Source of the DNA: Eledone cirrhosa
Lineage: Eukaryota
DNA length: 64,000 nt
NCBI GenBank assembly: GCA_964016885.1
Contig: CAXHJY010000096.1
Coordinates: 248,001 to 312,000, forward strand
Reading direction: 5' to 3'
Positions 26,001 through 40,228 of the stretch are shown piece after piece. The notes beneath the pieces were generated by a model. It had not been told where the DNA came from, made no database searches, and worked only from the letters and a program-made list of their open reading frames with translations. Position 1 is the stretch's first letter. Every line of letters starts with the position of its first letter. Position numbers and translations under genes: made by a program.

Positions 26001-29000
26001 AAAAAAAATCAAGGGGAGATAATTTCCAGCCGTGCAAGGGGAGATAATTTCCAGCCGTCCAAGGGGAGATAATTTACATCCTTCCAAGGGGAGATAATTT
26101 CCAGCCGTCCAAGGGGAGATAATTTCCCGCCAGCCAAGGGAAGATAATTTTTAAAAAAATCAGGGGGAGATAATTTGTAAAAAAAAAATCAGGGGGAGAT
26201 AATTTGTAAAAAAAAATCAAGGGGAGATAATTTGTAAAAAAAATCAGGGGGAGATAATTTGTAAAAAAATCAGGGGGAGATAATTTGTAAAAAAAAAATC
26301 AGGGGGAGATAATTTGTAAAAAAAAATCAAGGGGAGATAATTTGTAAAAAAAAATCAGGGGGAGATAATTTGTAAAAAAAATCAGGGGGAGATAATTTGT
26401 AAAAAAAATCAGGGGGAGATAATTTGTAAAAAAAAATCAGGGGTAGATAATTTGTAAAAAAAAATCAGGGGGAGATAATTTGTAAAAAAAATCAGGGGGA
26501 GATAATTTGTAAAAAAAATCAGGGGGAGATAATTTGTAAAAAAAATCAAGGGGAGATAATTTGCAGCCGTCCAAGGGGAGATAATTTTCAGCCGTCCAAG
26601 GAGAGGTAATTTCTAGCCGTCCAAGGGGAGATAATTTCCAGCCGTCCAAGGGGAGATAATTTCCAGCCGTCCAAGGGGAGATAATTTTTTTTTAAAAATC
26701 AGGCGGAGATAATTTGTAAAAAAAAAAATCAGGGGGAGATAATTTGTAAAAAAAAATCAGGGGGAGATAATTTGTAAAAAAAAATCAGGGGGAGATAATT
26801 TGTAAAAAAAATTAAGGGGAGATAATTTTCAGCCGTCCAAGGGAAGATAATTTCCAGCCCTCCAAGGGGCTATAATTTCCAGCGTCCAAGGGGAGATAAT
26901 TTCCAGCCAGCGAAGGGGAGATAATTTTTTTTTTTAAAATCATGCGGGGATAATTTGTAAAAAAAATCAGGGGGAGATAATTTGTAAAAAAAATCAAGGG
27001 GAGATAATTTCCAGCCGTCCAAAGAGAGATAATTTCTAGCCGTCCAAGGGGAGATAATTTCCAGCCGTCCAAGGGGAGATAATTTCCCGCCAGCCAAAGG
27101 AAGATAATTTTTTAAAAAATCAGGCGGAGATTGTAAAAAAAATCAGGGGGAGATAATTTGTAAAAAAAATCAGGGGGAGATAATTTGTAAAAAAAATCAG
27201 GGGGAGATAATTTGTAAAAAAAATCAGGGGGAGATAATTTGTAAAAAAAAATCAGGGGGAGATAATTTGTAAAAAAAATCAGGGGGAGATAATTTGTAAA
27301 AAAAATCAGGGGGAGATAATTTGTAAAAAAAATCAAGGGGAGATAATTTGCAGCCGTCCAAGGGGAGATAATTTTCAGCCGTCCAAGGAGAGGTAATTTC
27401 TAGCCGTCCAAGGCGAGATAATTTCCAGCCGTCCAAGGGGAGATAATTTCCAGCCGTCCAAGGGGAGATAATTTTTTTAAAAAAATCAGGCGGAGATAAT
27501 TTGTAAAAAAAAAATCAGGGGGAGATAATTTGTAAAAAAAAATCAGTGGGAGATAATTTGTAAAAAAAAATCAGGGGGAGATAATTTGTAAAAAAAATCA
27601 AGGGGAGATAATTTCCAGCCGTCCAAGGGAAGATAATTTCCAGCCCTCCAAGGGGCTATAATTTCCAGCGTCCAAGGGGAGATAATTTCCAGCCAGCGAA
27701 GGGGAGATAATTTTTTTTTAAAAAATCCTGGGGGGATAATTTGTAAAAAAAAATCAGGGGGAGATAATTTGTAAAAAAAAATCAGGGGAGATAATTTGTA
27801 AAAAAAATCAGGGGGAGATAATTTGTAAAAAAAAATCAGGGGAAGATAATTTGTAAAAAAAATCAAGCGGAGATAATTTGCAGCCGTCCAAGGGGAGATA
27901 ATTTCCCGCCAGCCAAGGAGAGATAATATTTAAAAAAATCAGGCGGAGATAATTTGTAAAAAAAATCAGGGGGAGATAATTTGTAAAAAAAATCAGGGGG
28001 AGATAATTTCCAGCCGTCCAAGGGGAGATAATTTTCAGCCGTCCAAGGAGAGGTAATTTCTAGCCGTCCAAGGGGAGATAATTTCCAGCCGTCCAAGGGA
28101 AGATAATTTCCAGCCCTCCAAGGGGCTATAATTTCCAGCGTCCAAGGGGAGATAATTTCCAGCCAGCGAAGGGGAGATAATTTTTTTTTTAAAAATCAGG
28201 GGGAGATAATTTGTAAAAAAAATCAGGGGGAGATAATTTGTAAAAAAAAATCAGGGGGAGATAATTTGTAAAAAAAAATCAGGGGGAGATAATTTGTAAA
28301 AAAAATCAAGGGGAGATAATTTCCAGCCGTGCAAGGGGAGATAATTTCCAGCCGTCCAAGGGGAGATAATTTACATCCTTCCAAGGGGAGATAATTTCCA
28401 GCCGTCCAAGGGGAGATAATTTCCCGCCAGCCAAGGGAAGATAATTTTTAAAAAAATCAGGGGGAGATAATTTGTAAAAAAAAAATCAGGGGGAGATAAT
28501 TTGTAAAAAAAAATCAAGGGGAGATAATTTGTAAAAAAAATCAGGGGGAGATAATTTGTAAAAAAATCAGGGGGAGATAATTTGTAAAAAAAAATCAGGG
28601 GGAGATAATTTGTAAAAAAAAATCAAGGGGAGATAATTTGTAAAAAAAAATCAGGGGGAGATAATTTGTAAAAAAAAATCAGGGGGAGATAATTTGTAAA
28701 AAAAATCAAGGGGAGATAATTTGCAGCCGTCGAAGGGGAGATAATTTTCAGCCGTCCAAGGAGAGATAATTTCTAGCCGTCCAAGGGGAGATAATTTCCA
28801 GCCGTCCAAGGGGAGATAATTTCCAGCCGTCCAAGGGGAGATAATTTTTTTTAAAAAATCAAGCGGAGATAATTTGTAAAAAAAAAATCAGGGGGAGATA
28901 ATTTGTAAAAAAAAATCAGGGGGAGATAATTTGTAAAAAAAAATCAGGGGGAGATAATTTGTAAAAAAAATCAAGGGGAGATAATTTCCAGCCGTCCAAG

Positions 29001-30053
29001 GGAAGATAATTTCCAGCCGTCCAAGGGAAGATAATTTCCAGCCCTCCAAGGGGCTATAATTTCCAGCGTCCAAGGGGAGATAATTTCCAGCCAGCGAAGG
29101 GGAGATAATTTTTTTTTATAAAATCAGGGGGAGATAATTTGTAAAAAAAATCAGGGGGAGATAATTTGTAAAAAAAAATCAGGGGGAGATAATTTGTAAA
29201 AAGAAATCAGGGGGAGATAATTTGTAAAAAAAATCAAGGGGAGATAATTTCCAGCCGTGCAAGGGGAGATAATTTCCAGCCGTCCAAGGGGAGATAATTT
29301 ACATCCTTCCAAGGGGAGATAATTTCCAGCCGTCCAAGGGGAGATAATTTCCCGCCAGCCAAGGGAAGATAATTTTTAAAAAAATCAGGGGGAGATAATT
29401 TGTAAAAAAAAAATCAGGGGGAGATAATTTGTAAAAAAAAATCAAGGGGAGATAATTTGTAAAAAAAATCAGGGGGAGATAATTTGTAAAAAAAATCAGG
29501 GGGAGATAATTTGTAAAAAAATCAGGGGGAGATAATTTGTAAAAAAAAAATCAGGGGGAGATAATTTGTAAAAAAAAATCAAGGGGAGATAATTTGTAAA
29601 AAAAAATCAGGGGGAGATAATTTGTAAAAAAAATCAGGGGGAGATAATTTGTAAAAAAAATCAGGGGGAGATAATTTGTAAAAAAAAATCAGGGGGAGAT
29701 AATTTGTAAAAAAAAATCAGGGGGAGATAATTTGTAAAAAAAATCAGGGGGAGATAATTTGTAAAAAAAATCAGGGGGAGATAATTTGTAAAAAAAAATC
29801 AGGGGGAGATAATTTGTAAAAAAAATCAAGGGGAGATAATTTGCAGCCGTCCAAGGGGAGATAATTTTCAGCCGTCCAAGGAGAGATAATTTCTAGCCGT
29901 CCAAGGGGAGATAATTTCCAGCCGTCCAAGGGGAGATAATTTCCAGCCGTCCAAGGGGAGATAATTTTTTTTAAAAATCAAGCGGAGATAATTTGTAAAA
30001 AAAAAATCAGGGGGAGATAATTTGTAAAAAAAATCAAGGGGAGATAATTTCCA
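19915..30053 (+). repeat. ~10.15 kb tandem higher-order repeat, copy 1
   Basis: ORF-track offsets to copy 2: 20161/30300, 21037/31176, 21468/31607 (10,139); 23036/33176; 25196/35363; 26437/36632, 27863/38058 (10,195); 28888/39054, 29868/40034 (10,166). Confidence 0.92.
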
Positions 30054-33000
30054 GCCGTCCAAGGGGAGATAATTTTCAGCCGTCCAAGGAGAGGTAATTT
30101 CTAGCCGTCCAAGGGGAGATAATTTCCAGCCGTCCAAGGGGAGATAATTTCCAGCCGTCCAAGGGGAGATAATTTTTTTTTAAAAATCAGGCGGAGATAA
30201 TTTGTAAAAAAAAAAATCAGGGGGAGATAATTTGTAAAAAAAAATCAGGGGGAGATAATTTGTAAAAAAAAATCAGGGGGAGATAATTTGTAAAAAAAAT
30301 CAAGGGGAGATAATTTCCAGCCGTCCAAGGGAAGATAATTTCCAGCCCTCCAAGGGGCTATAATTTCCAGCGTCCAAGGGGAGATAATTTCCAGCCAGCG
30401 AAGGGGAGATAATTTTTTTTTTAAAAATCATGCGGGGATAATTTGTAAAAAAAATCAGGGGGAGATAATTTGTAAAAAAAATCAAGGGGAGATAATTTCC
30501 AGCCGTCCAAAGAGAGATAATTTCTAGCCGTCCAAGGGGAGATAATTTCCAGCCGTCCAAGGGGAGATAATTTCCCGCCAGCCAAGGGAACATAATTTTT
30601 TAAAAAATCAGGCGGAGATTGTAAAAAAAATCAGGGGGAGATAATTTGTAAAAAAATCAGGGGGAGATAATTTGTAAAAAAAAAATCAGGGGGAGATAAT
30701 TTGTAAAAAAAAATCAGAGGGAGATAATTTGTAAAAAAAAATCAGGGGGAGATAATTTGTAAAAAAAATCAGGGGTAGATAATTTGTAAAAAAAATCAGG
30801 GGGAGATAATTTGTAAAAAAAAATCAGGGGGAGATAATTTGTAAAAAAAATCAAGGGGAGATAATTTCCAGCCGTCCAAGGGAAGATAATTTCCAGCCGT
30901 CCAAGGGAAGATAATTTCCAGCCCTCCAAGGGGCTATAATTTCCAGCGTCCAAGGGGAGATAATTTCCAGCCAGCGAAGGGGAGATAATTTTTTTTTTAA
31001 AAATCATGCGGGGATAATTTGTAAAAAAAATCAGGGGGAGATAATTTGTAAAAAAAATCAAGGGGAGATAATTTCCAGCCGTCCAAAGAGAGATAATTTC
31101 TAGCCGTCCAAGGGGAGATAATTTCCAGCCGTCCAAGGGGAGATAATTTCCCGCCAGCCAAAGGAAGATAATTTTTTAAAAAATCAGGCGGAGATTGTAA
31201 AAAAAATCAGGGGGAGATAATTTGTAAAAAAAATCAGGGGGAGATAATTTGTAAAAAAAATCAGGGGGAGATAATTTGTAAAAAAAATCAGGGGGAGATA
31301 ATTTGTAAAAAAAAATCAGGGGGAGATAATTTGTAAAAAAAATCAGGGGGAGATAATTTGTAAAAAAAATCAGGGGGAGATAATTTGTAAAAAAAATCAA
31401 GGGGAGATAATTTGCAGCCGTCCAAGGGGAGATAATTTTCAGCCGTCCAAGGAGAGGTAATTTCTAGCCGTCCAAGGGGAGATAATTTCCAGCCGTCCAA
31501 GGGGAGATAATTTCCAGCCGTTCAAGGGGAGATAATTTTTTTAAAAAAATCAGGCGGAGATAATTTGTAAAAAAAAAATCAGGGGGAGATAATTTGTAAA
31601 AAAAAATCAGTGGGAGATAATTTGTAAAAAAAAATCAGGGGGAGATAATTTGTAAAAAAAAATCAGGGGGAGATAATTTGTAAAAAAATCAAGGGGAGAT
31701 AATTTCCAGCCGGCCAAGGGGAGATAATTTTCAGCCGTCCAAGGAGAGGTAATTTCTAGCCGTCCAAGGGGAGATAATTTCCAGCCGTCCAAGGGGAGAT
31801 AATTTCCAGCCGTCCAAGGGGAGATAATTTCCAGCCGTCCAAGGAGACATATTTTCCAGCCGTCCAAGGAGAGGTAATTTCTAGCCGTCCAAGGGGAGAT
31901 AAATTCCTGCCTCCAAGGGGAGATAATTTCCAGCCAGCCAAGGGGAGATAATTTGTAAAAAAATCAGGGGGAGATAATTTGTAAAAAAAATCAGGGGGAG
32001 ATAATTTGTAAAAAAAAATCAGGGGGAGATAATTTGTAAAAAAAAATCAGGGGAGATAATTTGTAAAAAAAATCAGGGGAAGATAATTTGTAAAAAAAAT
32101 CAAGGGGAGATAATTTCCAGCCGTCCAAGGGGAGATAATTTTCAGCCGTCCAAGGAGAGGTAATTTCTAGCCGTCCAAGGAGAGATAATTTCCAGCCGTC
32201 CAAGGGGAGATAATTTCCAGCCGTCCAAGGGGAGATGATTTTTTAAAAAAAATCAGGCGGAGATAAGTTGTAAAAAAAAATCAGGGGGAGATAATTTGTA
32301 AAAAAAAATCAGGGGGAGATAATTTGTAAAAAAAAATCAGGGGGAGATAATTTGTAAAAAAAATCAAGGGGAGATAATTTCCAGCCGTCCAAGGGAAGAT
32401 AATTTCCAGCCCTCCAAGGGGCTATAATTTCCAGCGTCCAAGGGGAGATAATTTCCAGCCAGCGAAGGGGAGATAATTTTTTAAAAAAAATCACTGGGAT
32501 ATTTGTAAAAAAAATCAGGGGGAGATAATTTGTAAAAAAAATCAAGGGGAGATAATTTCCAGCCGTCCAAAGAGAGATAATTTCTAGCCGTCCAAGGGGA
32601 GATAATTTCCAGCCTTCCAAGGGGAGATAATTTTTTAAAAAATCAGGTGGAGATAATTTGTAAAAAAAATCAGTGGAAGATAATTTGTAAAAACAAAATC
32701 AAGGGCAGATAATTTCCAGCCGTCCAAGGGGAGATAATTTCCCGCCAGCCAAGGGAAGATAATATTTAAAAAAATCAGGCGGAGATAATTTGTAAAAAAA
32801 ATCAGGGGGAGATAATTTGTAAAAAAATCAGGGGGAGATAATTTGTAAAAGAAAAATCAGGGGGAGATAATTTGTAAAAAAAATCAGGGGGAGATAATTT
32901 GTAAAAAAAATCAGGGGTAGATAATTTGTAAAAAAAAATCAGGGGGAGATAATTTGTAAAAAAAAATCAGGGGGAGATAATTTGTAAAAAAAATCAAGGG

Positions 33001-36000
33001 GAGATAATTTGCAGCCGTCCAAGGGGAGATAATTTTCAGCCGTCCAAGGAGAGATAATTTCTAGCCGTCCAAGGGGAGATAATTTCCAGCCGTCCAAGGG
33101 GAGATAATTTCCAGCCGTCCAAGGGGAGATAATTTTTTTTAAAAAATCAAGCGGAGATAATTTGTAAAAAAAAAATCAGGGGGAGATAATTTGTAAAAAA
33201 AAATCAGGGGGAGATAATTTGTAAAAAAAAATCAGGGGGAGATAATTTGTAAAAAAAATCAAGGGGAGATAATTTCCAGCCGTCCAAGGGAAGATAATTT
33301 CCAGCCGTCCAAGGGAAGATAATTTCCAGCCCTCCAAGGGGCTATAATTTCCAGCGTCCAAGGGGAGATAATTTCCAGCCAGCGAAGGGGAGATAATTTT
33401 TTTTTTTAAAATCAGGGGGAGATAATTTGTAAAAAAAATCAGGGGGAGATAATTTGTAAAAAAAAATCAGGGGGAGATAATTTGTAAAAAAAAATCAGGG
33501 GGAGATAATTTGTAAAAAAAATCAAGGGGAGATAATTTCAAGCCGTGCAAGGGGAGATAATTTCCAGCCGTCCAAGGGGAGATAATTTACATCCTTCCAA
33601 GGGGAGATAATTTCCCGCCAGCCAAGGGAAGATAATTTTTAAAAAAATCAGGGGGAGATAATTTGTAAAAAAAAAATCAGGGGGAGATAATTTGTAAAAA
33701 AAAATCAAGGGGAGATAATTTGTAAAAAAAATCAGGGGGAGATAATTTGTAAAAAAAAAATCAGGGGGAGATAATTTGTAAAAAAAAATCAAGGGGAGAT
33801 AATTTGTAAAAAAAATCAGGGGGAGATAATTTGTAAAAAAAATCAGGGGGAGATAATTTGTAAAAAAATCAGGGGGAGATAATTTGTAAAAAAAAATCAG
33901 GGGGAGATAATTTGTAAAAAAAATCAAGGGGAGATAATTTGTAAAAAAAAATCAGGGGGAGATAATTTGTAAAAAAAAATCAGGGGGAGATAATTTGTAA
34001 AAAAAATCAAGGGGAGATAATTTGCAGCCGTCCAAGGGGAGATAATTTTCAGCCGTCCAAGGAGAGATAATTTCTAGCCGTCCAAGGGGAGATAATTTCC
34101 AGCCGTCCAAGGGGAGATAATTTCCAGCCGTCCAAGGGGAGATAATTTTTTTTAAAAAATCAAGCGGAGATAATTTGTAAAAAAAAAATCAGGGGGAGAT
34201 AATTTGTAAAAAAAAATCAGGGGGAGATAATTTGTAAAAAAAAATCAGGGGGAGATAATTTGTAAAAAAAATCAAGGGGAGATAATTTCCAGCCGTCCAA
34301 GGGAAGATAATTTCCAGCCGTCCAAGGGAAGATAATTTCCAGCCCTCCAAGGGGCTATAATTTCCAGCGTCCAAGGGGAGATAATTTCCAGCCAGCGAAG
34401 GGGAGATAATTTTTTTTTTTTAAATCAGGGGGAGATAATTTGTAAAAAAAACAGGGGGAGATAATTTGTAAAAAAAAATCAGGGGGAGATAATTTGTAAA
34501 AAAAAATCAGGGGGAGATAATTTGTAAAAAAAATCAAAGGGAGATAATTTCCAGCCGTGCAAGGGGAGATAATTTCCAGCCGTCCAAGGGGAGATAATTT
34601 ACATCCTTCCAAGGGGAGATAATTTCCAGCCGTCCAAGGGGAGATAATTTCCCGCCAGCCAAGGGAAGATAATTTTTAAAAAAATCAGGGGGAGATAATT
34701 TGTAAAAAAAAATCAGGGGGAGATAATTTGTAAAAAAAAATCAAGGGGAGATAATTTGTAAAAAAAATCAGGGGGAGATAATTTGTAAAAAAAATCAGGG
34801 GGAGATAATTTGTAAAAAAATCAGGGGGAGATAATTTGTAAAAAAAAAATCAGGGGGAGATAATTTGTAAAAAAAAATCAAGGGGAGATAATTTGTAAAA
34901 AAAAATCAGGGGGAGATAATTTGTAAAAAAAATCAGGGGGAGATAATTTGTAAAAAAATCAGGGGGAGATAATTTGTAAAAAAAAATCAGGGGGAGATAA
35001 TTTGTAAAAAAAAATCAGGGGGAGATAATTTGTAAAAAAAATCAGGGGGAGATAATTTGTAAAAAAAATCAGGGGGAGATAATTTGTAAAAAAAATCAAG
35101 GGGAGATAATTTGCAGCCGTCCAAGGGGAGATAATTTTCAGCCGTCCAAGGAGAGGTAATTTCTAGCCGTCCAAGGGGAGATAATTTCCAGCCGTCCAAG
35201 GGGAGATAATTTCCAGCCGTCCAAGGGGAGATAATTTTTTTTTTAAAATCAGGCGGAGATAATTTGTAAAAAAAAAAAATCAGGGGGAGATAATTTGTAA
35301 AAAAAAATCAGGGGGAGATAATTTGTAAAAAAAAATCAGGGGGAGATAATTTGTAAAAAAAATCAAGGGGAGATAATTTCCAGCCGTCCAAGGGAAGATA
35401 ATTTCCAGCCCTCCAAGGGGCTATAATTTCCAGCGTCCAAGGGGAGATAATTTCCAGCCAGCGAAGGGGAGATAATTTTTTTTTTAAAAATCATGCGGGG
35501 ATAATTTGTAAAAAAAATCAGGGGGAGATAATTTGTAAAAAAAATCAAGGGGAGATAATTTCCAGCCGTCCAAAGAGAGATAATTTCTAGCCGTCCAAGG
35601 GGAGATAATTTCCAGCCGTCCAAGGGGAGATAATTTCCCGCCAGCCAAGGGAAGATAATTTTTTAAAAAATCAGGCGGAGATTGTAAAAAAAATCAGGGG
35701 GAGATAATTTGTAAAAAAATCAGGGGGAGATAATTTGTAAAAAAAAAATCAGGGGGAGATAATTTGTAAAAAAAAATCAGAGGGAGGTAATTTGTAAAAA
35801 AAAATCAGGGGGAGATAATTTGTAAAAAAAATCAGGGGTAGATAATTTGTAAAAAAAATCAGGGGGAGATAATTTGTAAAAAAAAATCAGGGGGAGATAA
35901 TTTGTAAAAAAAATCAAGGGGAGATAATTTCCAGCCGTCCAAGGGAAGATAATTTCCAGCCGTCCAAGGGAAGATAATTTCCAGCCCTCCAAGGGGCTAT

Positions 36001-39000
36001 AATTTCCAGCGTCCAAGGGGAGATAATTTCCAGCCAGCGAAGGGGAGATAATTTTTTTTTTAAAAATCAGGGGTAGATAATTTGTAAAAAAAATCAGGGG
36101 GAGATAATTTGTAAAAAAAAATCAGGGGGAGATAATTTGTAAAAAAAAATCAGGGGGAGATAATTTGTAAAAAAAATCAAGGGGAGATAATTTCCAGCCG
36201 TGCAAGGGGAGATAATTTCCAGCCGTCCAAGGGGAGATAATTTACATCCTTCCAAGGGGAGATAATTTCCAGCCGTCCAAGGGGAGATAATTTCCCGCCA
36301 GCCAAGGGAAGATAATTTTTAAAAAAATCAGGGGGAGATAATTTGTAAAAAAAAAATCAGGGGGAGATAATTTGTAAAAAAAAATCAAGGGGAGATAATT
36401 TGTAAAAAAAATCAGGGGGAGATAATTTGTAAAAAAAATCAGGGGGAGATAATTTGTAAAAAAATCAGGGGGAGATAATTTGTAAAAAAAAAATCAGGGG
36501 GAGATAATTTGTAAAAAAAAATCAAGGGGAGATAATTTGTAAAAAAAAATCAGGGGGAGATAATTTGTAAAAAAAATCAGGGGGAGATAATTTGTAAAAA
36601 AAATCAGGGGGAGATAATTTGTAAAAAAAAATCAGGGGTAGATAATTTGTAAAAAAAAATCAGGGGGAGATAATTTGTAAAAAAAATCAGGGGGAGATAA
36701 TTTGTAAAAAAAATCAGGGGGAGATAATTTGTAAAAAAAATCAAGGGGAGATAATTTGCAGCCGTCCAAGGGGAGATAATTTTCAGCCGTCCAAGGAGAG
36801 GTAATTTCTAGCCGTCCAAGGGGAGATAATTTCCAGCCGTCCAAGGGGAGATAATTTCCAGCCGTCCAAGGGGAGATAATTTTTTTTTAAAAATCAGGCG
36901 GAGATAATTTGTAAAAAAAAAAATCAGGGGGAGATAATTTGTAAAAAAAAATCAGGGGGAGATAATTTGTAAAAGAAAATCAGGGGGAGATAATTTGTAA
37001 AAAAAATTAAGGGGAGATAATTTTCAGCCGTCCAAGGGAAGATAATTTCCAGCCCTCCAAGGGGCTATAATTTCCAGCGTCCAAGGGGAGATAATTTCCA
37101 GCCAGCGAAGGGGAGATAATTTTTTTTTTTAAAATCATGCGGGGATAATTTGTAAAAAAAATCAGGGGGAGATAATTTGTAAAAAAAATCAAGCGGAGAT
37201 AATTTCCAGCCGTCCAAAGAGAGATAATTTCTAGCCGTCCAAGGGGAGATAATTTCCAGCCGTCCAAGGGGAGATAATTTCCCGCCAGCCAAAGGAAGAT
37301 AATTTTTTAAAAAATCAGGCGGAGATTGTAAAAAAAATCAGGGGGAGATAATTTGTAAAAAAAATCAGGGGGAGATAATTTGTAAAAAAAATCAGGGGGA
37401 GATAATTTGTAAAAAAAATCAGGGGGAGATAATTTGTAAAAAAAAATCAGGGGGAGATAATTTGTAAAAAAAATCAGGGGGAGATAATTTGTAAAAAAAA
37501 TCAGGGGGAGATAATTTGTAAAAAAAATCAAGGGGAGATAATTTGCAGCCGTCCAAGGGGAGATAATTTTCAGCCGTCCAAGGAGAGGTAATTTCTAGCC
37601 GTCCAAGGCGAGATAATTTCCAGCCGTCCAAGGGGAGATAATTTCCAGCCGTCCAAGGGGAGATAATTTTTTTAAAAAAATCAGGCGGAGATAATTTGTA
37701 AAAAAAAAATCAGGGGGAGATAATTTGTAAAAAAAAATCAGTGGGAGATAATTTGTAAAAAAAAATCAGGGGGAGATAATTTGTAAAAAAAATCAAGGGG
37801 AGATAATTTCCAGCCGTCCAAGGGAAGATAATTTCCAGCCCTCCAAGGGGCTATAATTTCCAGCGTCCAAGGGGAGATAATTTCCAGCCAGCGAAGGGGA
37901 GATAATTTTTTTTTTTAAAATCATGGGGGGATAATTTGTAAAAAAAAATCAGGGGGAGATAATTTGTAAAAAAAAATCAGGGGAGATAATTTGTAAAAAA
38001 AATCAGGGGGAGATAATTTGTAAAAAAAAATCAGGGGAAGATAATTTGTAAAAAAAATCAAGCGGAGATAATTTGCAGCCGTCCAAGGGGAGATAATTTC
38101 CCGCCAGCCAAGGAGAGATAATATTTAAAAAAATCAGGCGGAGATAATTTGTAAAAAAAATCAGGGGGAGATAATTTGTAAAAAAAATCAGGGGGAGATA
38201 ATTTCCAGCCGTCCAAGGGGAGATAATTTTCAGCCGTCCAAGGAGAGGTAATTTCTAGCCGTCCAAGGGGAGATAATTTCCAGCCGTCCAAGGGAAGATA
38301 ATTTCCAGCCCTCCAAGGGGCTATAATTTCCAGCGTCCAAGGGGAGATAATTTCCAGCCAGCGAAGGGGAGATAATTTTTTTTTTAAAAATCAGGGGGAG
38401 ATAATTTGTAAAAAAAATCAGGGGGAGATAATTTGTAAAAAAAAATCAGGGGGAGATAATTTGTAAAAAAAAATCAGGGGGAGATAATTTGTAAAAAAAA
38501 TCAAGGGGAGATAATTTCCAGCCGTGCAAGGGGAGATAATTTCCAGCCGTCCAAGGGGAGATAATTTACATCCTTCCAAGGGGAGATAATTTCCAGCCGT
38601 CCAAGGGGAGATAATTTCCCGCCAGCCAAGGGAAGATAATTTTTAAAAAAATCAGGGGGAGATAATTTGTAAAAAAAAAATCAGGGGGAGATAATTTGTA
38701 AAAAAAAATCAAGGGGAGATAATTTGTAAAAAAAATCAGGGGGAGATAATTTGTAAAAAAAATCAGGGGGAGATAATTTGTAAAAAAATCAGGGGGAGAT
38801 AATTTGTAAAAAAAAATCAGGGGGAGATAATTTGTAAAAAAAAATCAAGGGGAGATAATTTGTAAAAAAAATCAAGGGGAGATAATTTGCAGCCGTCGAA
38901 GGGGAGATAATTTTCAGCCGTCCAAGGAGAGATAATTTCTAGCCGTCCAAGGGGAGATAATTTCCAGCCGTCCAAGGGGAGATAATTTCCAGCCGTCCAA

Positions 39001-40228
39001 GGGGAGATAATTTTTTTTAAAAAATCAAGCGGAGATAATTTGTAAAAAAAAAATCAGGGGGAGATAATTTGTAAAAAAAAATCAGGGGGAGATAATTTGT
39101 AAAAAAAAATCAGGGGGAGATAATTTGTAAAAAAAATCAAGGGGAGATAATTTCCAGCCGTCCAAGGGAAGATAATTTCCAGCCGTCCAAGGGAAGATAA
39201 TTTCCAGCCCTCCAAGGGGCTATAATTTCCAGCGTCCAAGGGGAGATAATTTCCAGCCAGCGAAGGGGAGATAATTTTTTTTTATAAAATCAGGGGGAGA
39301 TAATTTGTAAAAAAAATCAGGGGGAGATAATTTGTAAAAAAAAATCAGGGGGAGAAAATTTGTAAAAAGAAATCAGGGGGAGATAATTTGTAAAAAAAAT
39401 CAAGGGGAGATAATTTCCAGCCGTGCAAGGGGAGATAATTTCCAGCCGTCCAAGGGGAGATAATTTACATCCTTCCAAGGGGAGATAATTTCCAGCCGTC
39501 CAAGGGGAGATAATTTCCCGCCAGCCAAGGGAAGATAATTTTTAAAAAAATCAGGGGGAGATAATTTGTAAAAAAAAAATCAGGGGGAGATAATTTGTAA
39601 AAAAAAATCAAGGGGAGATAATTTGTAAAAAAAATCAGGGGGAGATAATTTGTAAAAAAAATCAGGGGGAGATAATTTGTAAAAAAATCAGGGGGAGATA
39701 ATTTGTAAAAAAAAAATCAGGGGGAGATAATTTGTAAAAAAAAATCAAGGGGAGATAATTTGTAAAAAAAAATCAGGGGGAGATAATTTGTAAAAAAAAT
39801 CAGGGGGAGATAATTTGTAAAAAAAGTCAGGGGGAGATAATTTGTAAAAAAAAATCAGGGGGAGATAATTTGTAAAAAAAAATCAGGGGGAGATAATTTG
39901 TAAAAAAAATCAGGGGGAGATAATTTGTAAAAAAAATCAGGGGGAGATAATTTGTAAAAAAAAATCAGGGGGAGATAATTTGTAAAAAAAATCAAGGGGA
40001 GATAATTTGCAGCCGTCCAAGGGGAGATAATTTTCAGCCGTCCAAGGAGAGATAATTTCTAGCCGTCCAAGGGGAGATAATTTCCAGCCGTCCAAGGGGA
40101 GATAATTTCCAGCCGTCCAAGGGGAGATAATTTTTTTTAAAAATCAAGCGGAGATAATTTGTAAAAAAAAAATCAGGGGGAGATAATTTGTAAAAAAAAT
40201 CAAGGGGAGATAATTTCCAGCCGTCCAA
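30054..40228 (+). repeat. ~10.15 kb tandem higher-order repeat, copy 2
   Basis: Same private markers in same order as copy 1 (CCGGCCAA, CCTGCCTCC, TCACTGGGATAT, CAGAGGGAGGTAA, ATTAAGGGG, AAGGCGAGA). Confidence 0.92.
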
